Assembly (NCBI GenBank): GCA_027044945.1
Contig: JALUBK010000040.1
Coordinates: forward strand, 886-64,885
Source of the DNA: Campylobacterales bacterium
Lineage (GTDB): Bacteria; Campylobacterota; Campylobacteria; Campylobacterales; JALSKU01
DNA length: 64,000 nt
Direction of reading: 5' to 3'
The notes beneath the pieces were generated by a model. It searched no databases. It was not told the DNA's origin and saw only the letters and a list, made by a program, of their open reading frames with translations. A program made the translations under genes and the position numbers. The first letter of the stretch is position 1, and the number at the start of each line of letters is the position of its first letter. Of the stretch, positions 49,168 to 59,042 are shown piece after piece.

Positions 49168-52100
49168 TTAGTCTCCCTCATTTGGATTTAATGGAGTTTT
49201 TGTTAAATCTTTTGGTCTTATCATCCAAAATTCTCTTACTTCATTTCTAAAATTATCTAAAATAAATTTTGCTTTATTACTTCCTGTTTCATTCAAATAC
49301 TCTTTTAATAATTTTTTCAAAAAGTGTTTTGCTTCATCTGTTTCATCGCTATCAATTCTTCTGGCAACAACAAGTTCTTGGTTTAATCTATCTATAAAAC
49401 CTCTGTCTTTATCATATACAAAAGCTACTCCGCCTGTCATACCAGCTCCAAAATTTATACCAGTATTCCCAAGGATTAATGCCACTCCTCCTGTCATATA
49501 TTCACAAGCTTGATCGCCTGTTCCTTCAACTACAGCAGTAGCTCCCGAATTTCTCACACAAAATCTTTCACCAACACTGCCAACTGCATAAAATTTACCA
49601 CCAGTTGCACCATATAAACAAGCATTGCCGGCACTAGAAAAATTATCTCCTTGATTTTTAGGAGTTATAATAATTTTTCCACCATTCATCCCTTTTCCAA
49701 CATAATCATTTCCCATACCATCAAGTTCCAAAGATATACCATTAACCAAAAATGCACCAAAACTTTGTCCTGAAGTTCCTTTTAGTTTAAAAACAATACT
49801 ATCTTCAGGAAGCCCTTTGTTGCCATAAAATTTTGCTATTTCTCCGCTAATTAAAACTCCAAAACTTCTATTTGTATTTTTAATTTTTTTCTTAATAACA
49901 ATTTTACTATTAGGATTTTGTATAGTAGGATAAACTTCTTGTAAAATTTCTTTTTCAAAAAGATTTTTATCAAATGGCTCATTTCTTCTTTTTTGACAAG
50001 TATCAATCCCCTCAACTCTTTCCAAAATAGAACTAAAATCAAATTTTTTAGCCATTTTGTTATCTACAACTTTTAATAAATCACTTCTACCCACTATCTC
50101 TTCGATACTTTTATATCCAAGAGTTGCTAAAATTTCTCTAATATCTTCTGCTAATAATGTAAAATAATTAATAATTTTTTGAACATTACCATTAAAATGC
50201 TCTCTTAGTTTTCCGTTTTGTGTGGCAATTCCAGTGCTACATTTATTTAAATGACAAATTCTAAGCATTTTGCAACCAAGAAGTGCTAAAGCACCAGTTC
50301 CAAAAGCATAACTTTCAGCTCCTAACATTGCAGCTTTTATTATATCAAGTCCAGTTCTTAAGCCTCCATCTGTTTCAAGTCGGACAAATTCTCTTAAATG
50401 ATTTGCTTTCAAAGTATTATGAGTTTCACTAAGTCCTATCTCCCAAGGATCTCCTGCAAATTTTATAGAAGTCAAAGGTGCTGCTCCCGTTCCTCCGTCA
50501 GCTCCTGAGATAATAATTTTATCAGCATAACATTTAGCAACACCTGAGGCAATAGTTCCAACATGTGAAGAAGAAACTAATTTAACAGACACCATAGCAT
50601 CAGGATTTATTTGTTTTAAATCAAAAATAAGTTGTGCCAAATCTTCAATAGAATATATGTCATGATGAGGAGGAGGGGATATAAGTGTAACTCCTGGCAT
50701 TGTATATCTTAATGATGCAATCAATGGACTTACTTTGTGACCTGGAAGCTGTCCGCCTTCACCCGGTTTTGCACCTTGAGCCAATTTTATTTGTATCTCT
50801 TCGGCACTTCTTAGATATTCAGGAGTAACACCAAATCTACCTGAAGCTATTTGTTTTATTTTAGATCCGGTTGGACTTTTCAATCTTTCTGATTTTTCAC
50901 CACCTTCTCCAGAATTTGATTTTCCACCTATCGTATTCATAGCTTTAGCCAATGTCTCATGAGCTTCAGGAGATATAGAGCCAAGACTCATAGCTGCTGT
51001 TGAAAATCTTTTAAAAATATTTTCTTTTGGCTCAACCTCATCTAATTTTATAGGTTTTCTATCACTATGTAATTCAAAAAAATCTCTTATTCTTTTTAAA
51101 TTATTTCCGTCTGATCTTTCTTTTAAAAGCTTAAAATCCTCTTTTTTGCCATTATTGGCTACTTGATGCATTGCAAAAATAACATTAGGTGTATAACAAT
51201 GAAATTCTCCACCTTGAATATACTTATAAAATCCTCCAGGCTTAATAGGAAACATTACATTATTTTCATTTTTAACAAATGCTTCTTTGTGAATTTTTTT
51301 AATTCTTTTTTCTATATCATCATATCCAAGTCCAGGAATTATACAAGTAGAATTTTTAAAACAATCTTGAACTACTTCTTTTGAAAGTCCTATGATATCC
51401 ATAAGCCCAGAATTTCTATATGATGCTATTGTGGAAATTCCCATTTTAGACATAATTTTCAATAAGCCCAGATTTAATGAATTTAAAACATTTTTAAATT
51501 TTATTCTAGTGTCGTATGAAGAAAGTTTTTTATTTTTACACTCTTCTAAAACAGTGGCAAATAATAAATAAGGATACACACCACTAGCTCCATAAGCAAT
51601 CAGCACCGCAGTAGAATGCGAATCATACGGCTCTGATGTTATTGCTACAATAGAAACAAGATGCCTAATCCCCTCTTCCAATAAAATTTGATTGACTCGT
51701 CCGATTGCCATAGCCATAGGCATTTGTTTCAATTTTTCATTAACTCCTCTGTCATCCAATACAATAATTCTTACTCCCTCTTCTTTAACCGCATCTACAA
51801 TATCATAAGCCAAATCATTCAAACTACCCTTTAAATTTTCTTCAAAAAGAGTTGAAAAAGTTTTATTTTTATAATATTTATCGTATCTTGGTCTATTTGG
51901 GTCTCCAAAAGATAAAAGAATTTCTAACTTTTCTTGCATCAATACAGGAGTTATTATTTTTAATCTTTTAGCATGATTTATATCTTCTTCAAGTATATTT
52001 CTTATTTCTCCAAAACCTGTATTTAAACTCATAACAATTCTTTCTCTTATTGAATCAATAGGAGGATTTGTAACTTGAGCAAATTTTTGTTTAAAAAAAT

Positions 52101-53592
52101 CTGTAAAACATCTTTGCTTGTCACTAAAAGCTGCGAGAGGTGTATCATCACCCATAGAACCAGTATTTTCTTTACCATCATTCATCATAGGAAATATAAC
52201 CATATCTTTTGCTTCATAGGTTATATTAGCTATTCTTTGTTTAGCATAAATATTATCAATTTCATAGTCATTTGTTTTAGTAAAAGGTATATCAATAAAT
52301 TCTTGGAGATATATCATATTGTGGTTAAGCCATTTGCCATAAGGATTCAAATCTTTTAAATAATTATTTATATCTTCATTTTTAAGTATTTTTCCATATT
52401 TTAAATCAAGACCTATCATTTCGCCACTTTTTAATTTTCCTCGCTCTATTACATTATTTTCTTCAATATCCAAAATCCCATATTCACTGGAAATAATAAT
52501 TCTCTTATCTTTGGTAATAATATATTTTGCCGGTCTTAAACCATTTCTATCCAATATACACCCAACATGCCTTCCGTCAGTCAAACTAACAGCAGCTGGT
52601 CCATCCCAAGCTTCAAAACAAGTGCTCATGTATTCATAAAAAGCCCTCATATCTGAATCCATATGAGGAGCATTTTGCCAAGCTTCAGGGATCAAAACTC
52701 TAGCAGCTTTAAAAAAGTCCATCCCATTTGCAAGTAAAAATTCAAATATATTATCCAAACTTGCACTATCACTTACTTCATCTGTTGTTATTGGAAATAT
52801 TTTTCTAAGTTCTTTATCTGTAAAAACCAAACTTTTCATATGTTCGCTTTTTGCTAAAAGATTAAATCTGTTTGCGGCTATTGAATTTATCTCTCCATTA
52901 TGTGCAATACTTCTAAAAGGTTGTGCCAATTTCCATTGAGGTAAAGTATTTGTTGAAAATCTTTGATGAAAAAGAGCAAAAGTAGTTTTAAAATCTTTAT
53001 CACTTAAATCCAAATAAAAATTCTTGATATGGGTAGGCATAACCAACCCTTTATATGAAATAGTTTTATTAGAAAAAGAGCAAATATAAAATTCGTCATA
53101 TTCTTTTAATTTATTTTCTATCTCTTTTCTGGCAAGATACAAAGAAAGTTCAAATCTTCTTGTCGCAGATATTGTATTTGGTGATACAAAGATTTGAGTT
53201 ATATTTGGCAACTGATTCAAAGCAAATTCACCTAAAGCTTTTTTATTGATTGGAACATCTCTATAAAAAATAACTTTCAAATCATTTTTGGCAAGAATAT
53301 CGTTTATGGTGTTTTTTTGTTCTTCATTCTGCATAAAAACCATAGCAACAGCAAATTGTTTAGGCAAATCATGACCATTTTGAAGTGCGATTTTTTTCAT
53401 AAAATCATAAGGCATTCCAAACAAAAAACCACTTCCGTCTCCGCTTTTTCCATCAGCTGCAACTGCACCTCTGTGCATCATTCTTTCTAGTGCAACAATA
53501 GCATCCTCAATATTTTTATGAGTTGCATTATTGTCGATACTTGCTAATAATCCAAAGCCACAATTATCTTTAAAATCCATATATTTTTTCAT
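49168..53592 (-). CDS. gltB: glutamate synthase large subunit
   Basis: About 1470 aa. Ntn-amidotransferase Cys in ...DNCGFGLLA, an FMN/3Fe-4S central domain and a GXGXG C-terminal domain. The ATG at 53592 (AAAGG SD) is preferred over the TTG at 53610. A putative -10 GATATAAT lies at about 53628-53635. Confidence 0.97.
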   Translation of the reverse strand: MKKYMDFKDNCGFGLLASIDNNATHKNIEDAIVALERMMHRGAVAADGKSGDGSGFLFGMPYDFMKKIALQNGHDLPKQFAVAMVFMQNEEQKNTINDILAKNDLKVIFYRDVPINKKALGEFALNQLPNITQIFVSPNTISATRRFELSLYLARKEIENKLKEYDEFYICSFSNKTISYKGLVMPTHIKNFYLDLSDKDFKTTFALFHQRFSTNTLPQWKLAQPFRSIAHNGEINSIAANRFNLLAKSEHMKSLVFTDKELRKIFPITTDEVSDSASLDNIFEFLLANGMDFFKAARVLIPEAWQNAPHMDSDMRAFYEYMSTCFEAWDGPAAVSLTDGRHVGCILDRNGLRPAKYIITKDKRIIISSEYGILDIEENNVIERGKLKSGEMIGLDLKYGKILKNEDINNYLKDLNPYGKWLNHNMIYLQEFIDIPFTKTNDYEIDNIYAKQRIANITYEAKDMVIFPMMNDGKENTGSMGDDTPLAAFSDKQRCFTDFFKQKFAQVTNPPIDSIRERIVMSLNTGFGEIRNILEEDINHAKRLKIITPVLMQEKLEILLSFGDPNRPRYDKYYKNKTFSTLFEENLKGSLNDLAYDIVDAVKEEGVRIIVLDDRGVNEKLKQMPMAMAIGRVNQILLEEGIRHLVSIVAITSEPYDSHSTAVLIAYGASGVYPYLLFATVLEECKNKKLSSYDTRIKFKNVLNSLNLGLLKIMSKMGISTIASYRNSGLMDIIGLSKEVVQDCFKNSTCIIPGLGYDDIEKRIKKIHKEAFVKNENNVMFPIKPGGFYKYIQGGEFHCYTPNVIFAMHQVANNGKKEDFKLLKERSDGNNLKRIRDFFELHSDRKPIKLDEVEPKENIFKRFSTAAMSLGSISPEAHETLAKAMNTIGGKSNSGEGGEKSERLKSPTGSKIKQIASGRFGVTPEYLRSAEEIQIKLAQGAKPGEGGQLPGHKVSPLIASLRYTMPGVTLISPPPHHDIYSIEDLAQLIFDLKQINPDAMVSVKLVSSSHVGTIASGVAKCYADKIIISGADGGTGAAPLTSIKFAGDPWEIGLSETHNTLKANHLREFVRLETDGGLRTGLDIIKAAMLGAESYAFGTGALALLGCKMLRICHLNKCSTGIATQNGKLREHFNGNVQKIINYFTLLAEDIREILATLGYKSIEEIVGRSDLLKVVDNKMAKKFDFSSILERVEGIDTCQKRRNEPFDKNLFEKEILQEVYPTIQNPNSKIVIKKKIKNTNRSFGVLISGEIAKFYGNKGLPEDSIVFKLKGTSGQSFGAFLVNGISLELDGMGNDYVGKGMNGGKIIITPKNQGDNFSSAGNACLYGATGGKFYAVGSVGERFCVRNSGATAVVEGTGDQACEYMTGGVALILGNTGINFGAGMTGGVAFVYDKDRGFIDRLNQELVVARRIDSDETDEAKHFLKKLLKEYLNETGSNKAKFILDNFRNEVREFWMIRPKDLTKTPLNPNEGD

Positions 53593-53671
53593 GAACAACC
53601 TTTTGTGCAAAATAACAAAATTTGCTGATTATATCTAAAAAATAGTAAAATTTTGATAAAAATACTTTTAT

Positions 53672-54811
53672 CTAATCACAAACAAGCATATTTCTACCAT
53701 TGTTTTTTGCCATGTAAAGTAATTTATCAGCTTTTTTAATAGCCGATATTGGTGTTTTAAATTTTTGAGGATTTAAACAAGCTCCAATTGATACAGTAAT
53801 TTTTATTAAATTTTTGTTATATTCAAATTTATATTCTTCTATTGTTTTTCTTATTCTTTCTCCTATATCTTTTGCAACAAGCAAAGAAGCATTTTCCTTA
53901 TTTATAAAAATTAAAAATTCTTCTCCTCCAAATCTTATAAAAACATCTTTATCTCTTATAATTCTTTTAATTATAAGAGATATTTCTTTTAAAATTTTAT
54001 CTCCACCATCATGACCATAAGTATCATTTATTTTTTTAAAAAAATCAATATCTATCATTAAAATTTGATATTTAGCCAAATTAACTCTCTTTAAAAATAT
54101 TCTAAAAAAACTTCTGTTATATGCTTGAGTAAGAGGATCTATATGACTATCTTTTTTTATTTTTGCATTTAATATAACTTGATACATTAAAAACAACATT
54201 AAAACAAAAATAAAATAAAATATATATAAAAATTTTTTATGAGTTGGCTTAACTATATTTTTTATCTTATTAATTAATCTTATTGAAAAATCAAATGCTA
54301 TAACACCTTGAACTTTATTATTAATAATCACGGGTTTTAAATAAGTTGCCCATAAAGTATTTAATTTTTTATGATACAAAACTTCATCTTTTTTAGTTTT
54401 ATAAACCAAAGACCATTTTTTAGTATTTACATCAAGTTTTTCATCAAAATGACCTCTATCTTTTGGATTGCTACTATCTAAAAGATATTTGAATTGATTA
54501 TTTTTATTTTTATATAAAACATATATATATTTAAATGAATTAGATATAAGAACATTGAATTTATTTTCTATTTTTTTTCTCAATTGTGGATTATTTTTTA
54601 ATGTTGTATATAAATTACCATGAACATCTTTTTTAATTTCATTGTCTATTTTTTGAGAAAATTGCTTAGCTTGTAAAATATATAAATTTTCGATCCCATC
54701 TATAAGCTTTATTTTTGATGCAGAAAGATCAAAATATATCTTCACCAATAAAAACAAAATTATTAAAAGCAATAAGATATATATTTTATTTATTTTATCT
54801 GATTTAATCAT
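53672..54811 (-). CDS. membrane diguanylate cyclase with a periplasmic Cache/PDC-like sensor domain
   Basis: 379 aa. TM1, a periplasmic region of about 165 aa (YIYVLYKNKNN...LKPVIINNKVQGVIAFDFS), TM2, then GGDEF (DPLTQAYNRSFF, RFGGEEF) with an RxxD I-site (RDKD). Confidence 0.88.
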   Translation of the reverse strand: MIKSDKINKIYILLLLIILFLLVKIYFDLSASKIKLIDGIENLYILQAKQFSQKIDNEIKKDVHGNLYTTLKNNPQLRKKIENKFNVLISNSFKYIYVLYKNKNNQFKYLLDSSNPKDRGHFDEKLDVNTKKWSLVYKTKKDEVLYHKKLNTLWATYLKPVIINNKVQGVIAFDFSIRLINKIKNIVKPTHKKFLYIFYFIFVLMLFLMYQVILNAKIKKDSHIDPLTQAYNRSFFRIFLKRVNLAKYQILMIDIDFFKKINDTYGHDGGDKILKEISLIIKRIIRDKDVFIRFGGEEFLIFINKENASLLVAKDIGERIRKTIEEYKFEYNKNLIKITVSIGACLNPQKFKTPISAIKKADKLLYMAKNNGRNMLVCD

Positions 54812-55217
54812 TATATTCTACATATTTTTTCAATGTTTTAGGTAATGTAAGATTGTATTTTTTTAAATTTTTATAAAAAAATACAAGATTTGGTCTTCCT
54901 TTTTGCCAATAAAAACCACCTATTTCGTTATTTGGATAATCTTTTAAAATATTATAATTGGCTATAAAAACCATTTTATTCGTTTTTATATGTTTTGATT
55001 TAAATAGTATTAAAATATTTGCTTTTTTTCTTTCTTTTACAATATTTAATTGTTTAAATTCTTTTAATTTATTTTTATCATCTATCCAAACTTTTACATT
55101 TGTTTTTAAGGGAAACAAACTTTTTAAAACAGAAGAATATATTTTTTGTTCTATTTCTGTTGCATTTAAAGCAAATAAATTGATAGAAATCATGATTAAC
55201 AATAAAATTCTTTTCAA
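54804..55217 (-). CDS. secreted YfiR/DUF4154-like protein (short, Cys-free)
   Basis: 137 aa with a signal peptide. ANILILFKS...MVFIANYNILKDYPNNEIGGFYWQKGRPNLVFFYKNLKKYNLTLPKTLKKYV fits the YfiR/DUF4154 pattern by eye. It overlaps the upstream barrel gene by 4 nt and the downstream cyclase gene by 8 nt. Confidence 0.45.
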   Translation of the reverse strand: MKRILLLIMISINLFALNATEIEQKIYSSVLKSLFPLKTNVKVWIDDKNKLKEFKQLNIVKERKKANILILFKSKHIKTNKMVFIANYNILKDYPNNEIGGFYWQKGRPNLVFFYKNLKKYNLTLPKTLKKYVEYND

Positions 55218-57130
55218 AATAGATACCCCACATTAAACCATATTTTTTTATCATACACAGGTATAGCATATGGAAAAAATCTGTAAGTTTGTTTGAAGCC
55301 TCTGTTTAATATATTTTCAAATCTAACACCAAAGGATAAATCAGGTGTAACATGATATTTGACAGCAAATGTCCAATTATATGCTTTTTTCAAACTAATA
55401 AAATTATTTTCATAAGATGATTTAAAATTCAATTCATTATATATGTCAAATTTATTTATAGTATTAAAAATTCTAATATCAGCACCATATTTTGGACTTT
55501 GTATTATATTTTTTTTGTTTGCTCCTTCAAATAAATTCAAAACTATTTTATTATTCAAGTCTTTGTATGTATAAATAAAATTATATGTTTTATAGCGAAC
55601 AATATTGCTATCATTTTTTAATGGAGGAATTATTTGATTTTTTAATCTGCTAGATGAAACTTTTAAATCAAATTTATTTTTCTTGTATTGATAACTAATT
55701 CCTAAACTTCCTATATACAAATCAGGATACTTCAATAAAGGATTTGCTTTAAATGGTATGCCATCTGCATTATATAAAAGATAAAAAGGCAAAGCATAAT
55801 AATTTTTACTGACAAAAGCTTTAATTTGAAATTTATTAATATTCTTGATAAATCCAATTTTTCCTATACATTCACTTTTTTTGCTGATAGCTTTTTCATA
55901 TTTATAAAAATCTTCCCTTAAAGAGGCTATAAGAAGAGTATTTATGTCATATAAATATCTATATTCTCCATAAATAGAATACATTCCCAAATAATTATTT
56001 GATTCGGTATACACACTATCAAACTTTCCTGTTATTTTAACTTTTTTAAATTTATAAAATCCTCCTAAAGTAAAAGTATCTTTTTTATATTTAAATTTTT
56101 TATAGAGTTTTATTGAAAAAATATTATCTAAATATTTTGTATGGTAGTTTTTAACCAATCCTGCATTTCCAGCATAATAATAAGTAGTAGCTTTGTAAAA
56201 TCTATCATATAAAAAATTATCATAAGAAAATTCCATATTGATATTATTTTTGGATTTTCTTTTTATATGAATATAACTTTGTTCTGCATGAAGATTTCCA
56301 TTATTTGGTAAATATTCAAGTTTAGTAGGAGAAATAATATTGGCTTTACCCAAAAAATTACCTGTATTTTTTATATATCTCATTATATTTATTTCATAAT
56401 TTTTATATAAAATATTTGTAAATAAACTGTATGAGTTTTTATCGCTATTTATGGTATGGTTTTGATAATAATATTTTGTTCTGTTTATATTTTTTTTATT
56501 TACATAAAACATGTAAGAAAGATTACTATTGACAACATGAGCAACATATGCATCAGTAGAATAACTTCCCTTATTATCAAGCCTTACAGATATTTTACCC
56601 CCTTCTTCTCTACTTATTTTTTTAGTATACAATTTAATAATTACACTACCTGCTTCATTTCCAAATTCTATAGAAGAGCTATTGCTGTATATTTCAATAT
56701 GATCAATATCACTTATTGGCATATCAGACCATATAAGCAAAGCACTTCCAAAAGAGGCAGAAGTTACATCGTGATCATTTATATACAATCTAAAAATAGA
56801 AATAGGTGTATAAGCTTGTGTTGGATATTCAAAAATACCAGCATAATTTACAGTTCTAGAATAAATTAAATTTGTTAGTGTTTCAAATACATCACCCAAA
56901 GTTCTAGCTTGCATTCTTTCAAGATCTCTTCTTGTGTAAATTTGCACAAAACCAGCTGAATCTTTTTTCGTTATTTTGGATAATTCAGATTCATTTTGAT
57001 ACATTTGCAATAATGTTCCCATATTATTGCCTTCTGCAAATATTGCTAATGAAAATAAAAATAATGCAATAATAGCTTTCACTTTTAAAACCCTATATAA
57101 TAAAATACCTAATATCAATATTATATACAA
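55214..57130 (-). CDS. TonB-dependent-receptor-like outer-membrane beta-barrel protein
   Basis: Up to 638 aa. Plug-like region (VQIYTRRDLERMQARTLGDVFETLTNL...HIEIYSNSSSIEFG), a long barrel of alternating aromatic residues and a terminal ...GYLF. I see no obvious TonB box. The likelier start is GTG at 57082, giving the signal peptide MKAIIALFLFSLAIFA; the track uses TTG at 57130. Confidence 0.75.
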   Translation of the reverse strand: MYIILILGILLYRVLKVKAIIALFLFSLAIFAEGNNMGTLLQMYQNESELSKITKKDSAGFVQIYTRRDLERMQARTLGDVFETLTNLIYSRTVNYAGIFEYPTQAYTPISIFRLYINDHDVTSASFGSALLIWSDMPISDIDHIEIYSNSSSIEFGNEAGSVIIKLYTKKISREEGGKISVRLDNKGSYSTDAYVAHVVNSNLSYMFYVNKKNINRTKYYYQNHTINSDKNSYSLFTNILYKNYEINIMRYIKNTGNFLGKANIISPTKLEYLPNNGNLHAEQSYIHIKRKSKNNINMEFSYDNFLYDRFYKATTYYYAGNAGLVKNYHTKYLDNIFSIKLYKKFKYKKDTFTLGGFYKFKKVKITGKFDSVYTESNNYLGMYSIYGEYRYLYDINTLLIASLREDFYKYEKAISKKSECIGKIGFIKNINKFQIKAFVSKNYYALPFYLLYNADGIPFKANPLLKYPDLYIGSLGISYQYKKNKFDLKVSSSRLKNQIIPPLKNDSNIVRYKTYNFIYTYKDLNNKIVLNLFEGANKKNIIQSPKYGADIRIFNTINKFDIYNELNFKSSYENNFISLKKAYNWTFAVKYHVTPDLSFGVRFENILNRGFKQTYRFFPYAIPVYDKKIWFNVGYLF

Positions 57131-57184
57131 AAGTTAATTTAATTTTACTTAAAAGTATTTAAGAATAATTATATATAATAGGAT

Positions 57185-57802
57185 ATGCAAGGATATATTA
57201 TAAACACTACAAAAGTGAAAGAAGAAGATTTACTAGTTACTGTTATAAACAAAAAAAAAGTAAAAACTCTTTATAGATTTTATGGGGCGAGACATTCTCA
57301 TATTCATTTAGGATATAAAATAGATTATGAAGCTCATCCTACAAATAAAGAAAATTTTTTTCAACTCAAAAGTGTATCCTCTTTGCCATCCAAATGGATG
57401 TTAAAAAGAGAAAAATTTTATATCTGGCAACAATTTTTACAATTAATTTATAAACATTTAAGAGATATTAATGAAATAGATGAATTTTATTATAATTTGC
57501 TCGAAAAAATATCATTATATATAGAAAAAGAAAATCCATACAGAGTTATCTTAGAAGCTTATGTGAAATTGTTAGAATTTGAAGGACGAATTCATCATGA
57601 TTTTAACTGTTTTATATGCAATCAAAAAATAAAAGACAATATCATTTTAGCAAGAGCATTTTTACCTGCATGCACGAATTGCATTACAAAAAAAGGATAC
57701 GAAAAATTCAAAATAGAATATTTATTTAAAGAACAAAATTCAATCTTATTAGATGATAATGAAGTTTTTGAACTTTACAATATAATATTGGAAGGACTTT
57801 AA
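57185..57802 (+). CDS. recO: DNA repair protein RecO
   Basis: 205 aa. OB-fold N-terminus (GYIINTTKVKEEDLLVTVI) and a Cys-containing C-terminal domain (CFICNQ...CTNC). The short form is typical of Campylobacterota. Confidence 0.8.
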   Translation: MQGYIINTTKVKEEDLLVTVINKKKVKTLYRFYGARHSHIHLGYKIDYEAHPTNKENFFQLKSVSSLPSKWMLKREKFYIWQQFLQLIYKHLRDINEIDEFYYNLLEKISLYIEKENPYRVILEAYVKLLEFEGRIHHDFNCFICNQKIKDNIILARAFLPACTNCITKKGYEKFKIEYLFKEQNSILLDDNEVFELYNIILEGL

Positions 57803-57806
57803 TTCA

Positions 57807-59042
57807 TTATTTACGAATTTGTCCGTTTCCATAAATTTTATATTTATAAGTAGTTAAATCATTTATACCCATAGGTCCTCTTGAATGAAGTTTGCTTGTG
57901 CTAATACCAACTTCAGCACCAAATCCAAACTCCCCACCATCAGTAAATCTAGTGCTTGCATTTACATATACACAAGAAGAATCAATTTCATTTAAAAATT
58001 TTTCTGCTGTGGTATAATTTTCTGTAATTATTGATTCAGAATGAGAAGAACTATATTTTTGGACATGTTTAATTGCCTCATTAACACCATTAACTATTTT
58101 AATAGATAATATATTTGATAAATATTCTTTTTTAAAATCTTCTTCATTTGCTTCATTCACATCAATAATTTTTACAGTTTCACTACATCCTCTTAATTCT
58201 GTATTATGCTTATCAAATTCATTTTTCAATAACGGTAAAATATCTTTTGCTATTTTTTTATCCACCAATAATGTCTCCATAGCATTACAAACTCCAGGTC
58301 TTTGAACTTTCGCATTAATTGCAATTTTAATAGCTTTGTCAAAATCCGCATCTTTATCTATAAATGAATGACACAATCCTTTATCATGTTTTATAACAGG
58401 CACAGTAGAATTTTGAGATATAAATCTTATAAGATTTTCGCCCCCTCTTGGAATTATAAGATCAACATATTTATCCATTTTTATAAGTTTTGCCACTCCT
58501 TCTCTTGAATAATCAGGCAATAAAGTAACAATTTCTTTAGGTAAATCATGTTCATTTAAAACTTGTCCTAAAAGTTTAGCTATTGCTATATTGCTATATT
58601 TTGCTTCTTTTCCACCTTTTAATACTACAGCATTTCCGCTTTTAAAGCAAAGTGCCGCAGTATCACTCGTAACATTTGGCCTGCTTTCGTAAATAATACC
58701 TATAAGACCTATCGGCACACTTACTTTTTCAATTCTTAAATTATCTTTATTGACCCATCCTTCAAGAACTCTTCCGACAGGTTCTTTTAAAGATGCTATT
58801 TCTTTTATTCCATTTGCCATAGATTCTATTCTGTCAATATTTAAAAAAAGCCTATCAAGCAATGCTTGAGATAAATTTTCTCTTCTGGCTTCGAACATAT
58901 CTTGTTTATTTGCTTCAAGTATCTCTTCTTGATTTTTTAATAATTTATCAGCCATAGCCAAAAGTATTTTATTTTTTATTTCTGGAGACAATGTGGCTAT
59001 AATTCTACTTGCTTCTTTAGTTTTTTTTAAAAAATCTTCCAT
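57807..59042 (-). CDS. proA: glutamate-5-semialdehyde dehydrogenase
   Basis: 411 aa. Aldehyde dehydrogenase fold with the catalytic Cys in QRPGVCNAMETLLV and a C-terminal TTYKYKIYGNGQIR. Confidence 0.96.
   Translation of the reverse strand: MEDFLKKTKEASRIIATLSPEIKNKILLAMADKLLKNQEEILEANKQDMFEARRENLSQALLDRLFLNIDRIESMANGIKEIASLKEPVGRVLEGWVNKDNLRIEKVSVPIGLIGIIYESRPNVTSDTAALCFKSGNAVVLKGGKEAKYSNIAIAKLLGQVLNEHDLPKEIVTLLPDYSREGVAKLIKMDKYVDLIIPRGGENLIRFISQNSTVPVIKHDKGLCHSFIDKDADFDKAIKIAINAKVQRPGVCNAMETLLVDKKIAKDILPLLKNEFDKHNTELRGCSETVKIIDVNEANEEDFKKEYLSNILSIKIVNGVNEAIKHVQKYSSSHSESIITENYTTAEKFLNEIDSSCVYVNASTRFTDGGEFGFGAEVGISTSKLHSRGPMGINDLTTYKYKIYGNGQIRK

Noticed and set aside
57131-57184. Fur-box-like AT-rich sequence (AGAATAATTAT) and a CTTAAA-N4-TTTAAG palindrome (57148-57163) upstream of the TonB-dependent-receptor-like gene. 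Similar TAATAATT strings occur upstream of cyd (12380-12460).
   Set aside because: At this AT content, partial matches to AT-only consensus sequences are expected by chance. No full 7-1-7 or 19-bp Fur box is present, so the claim cannot be supported without comparative data.
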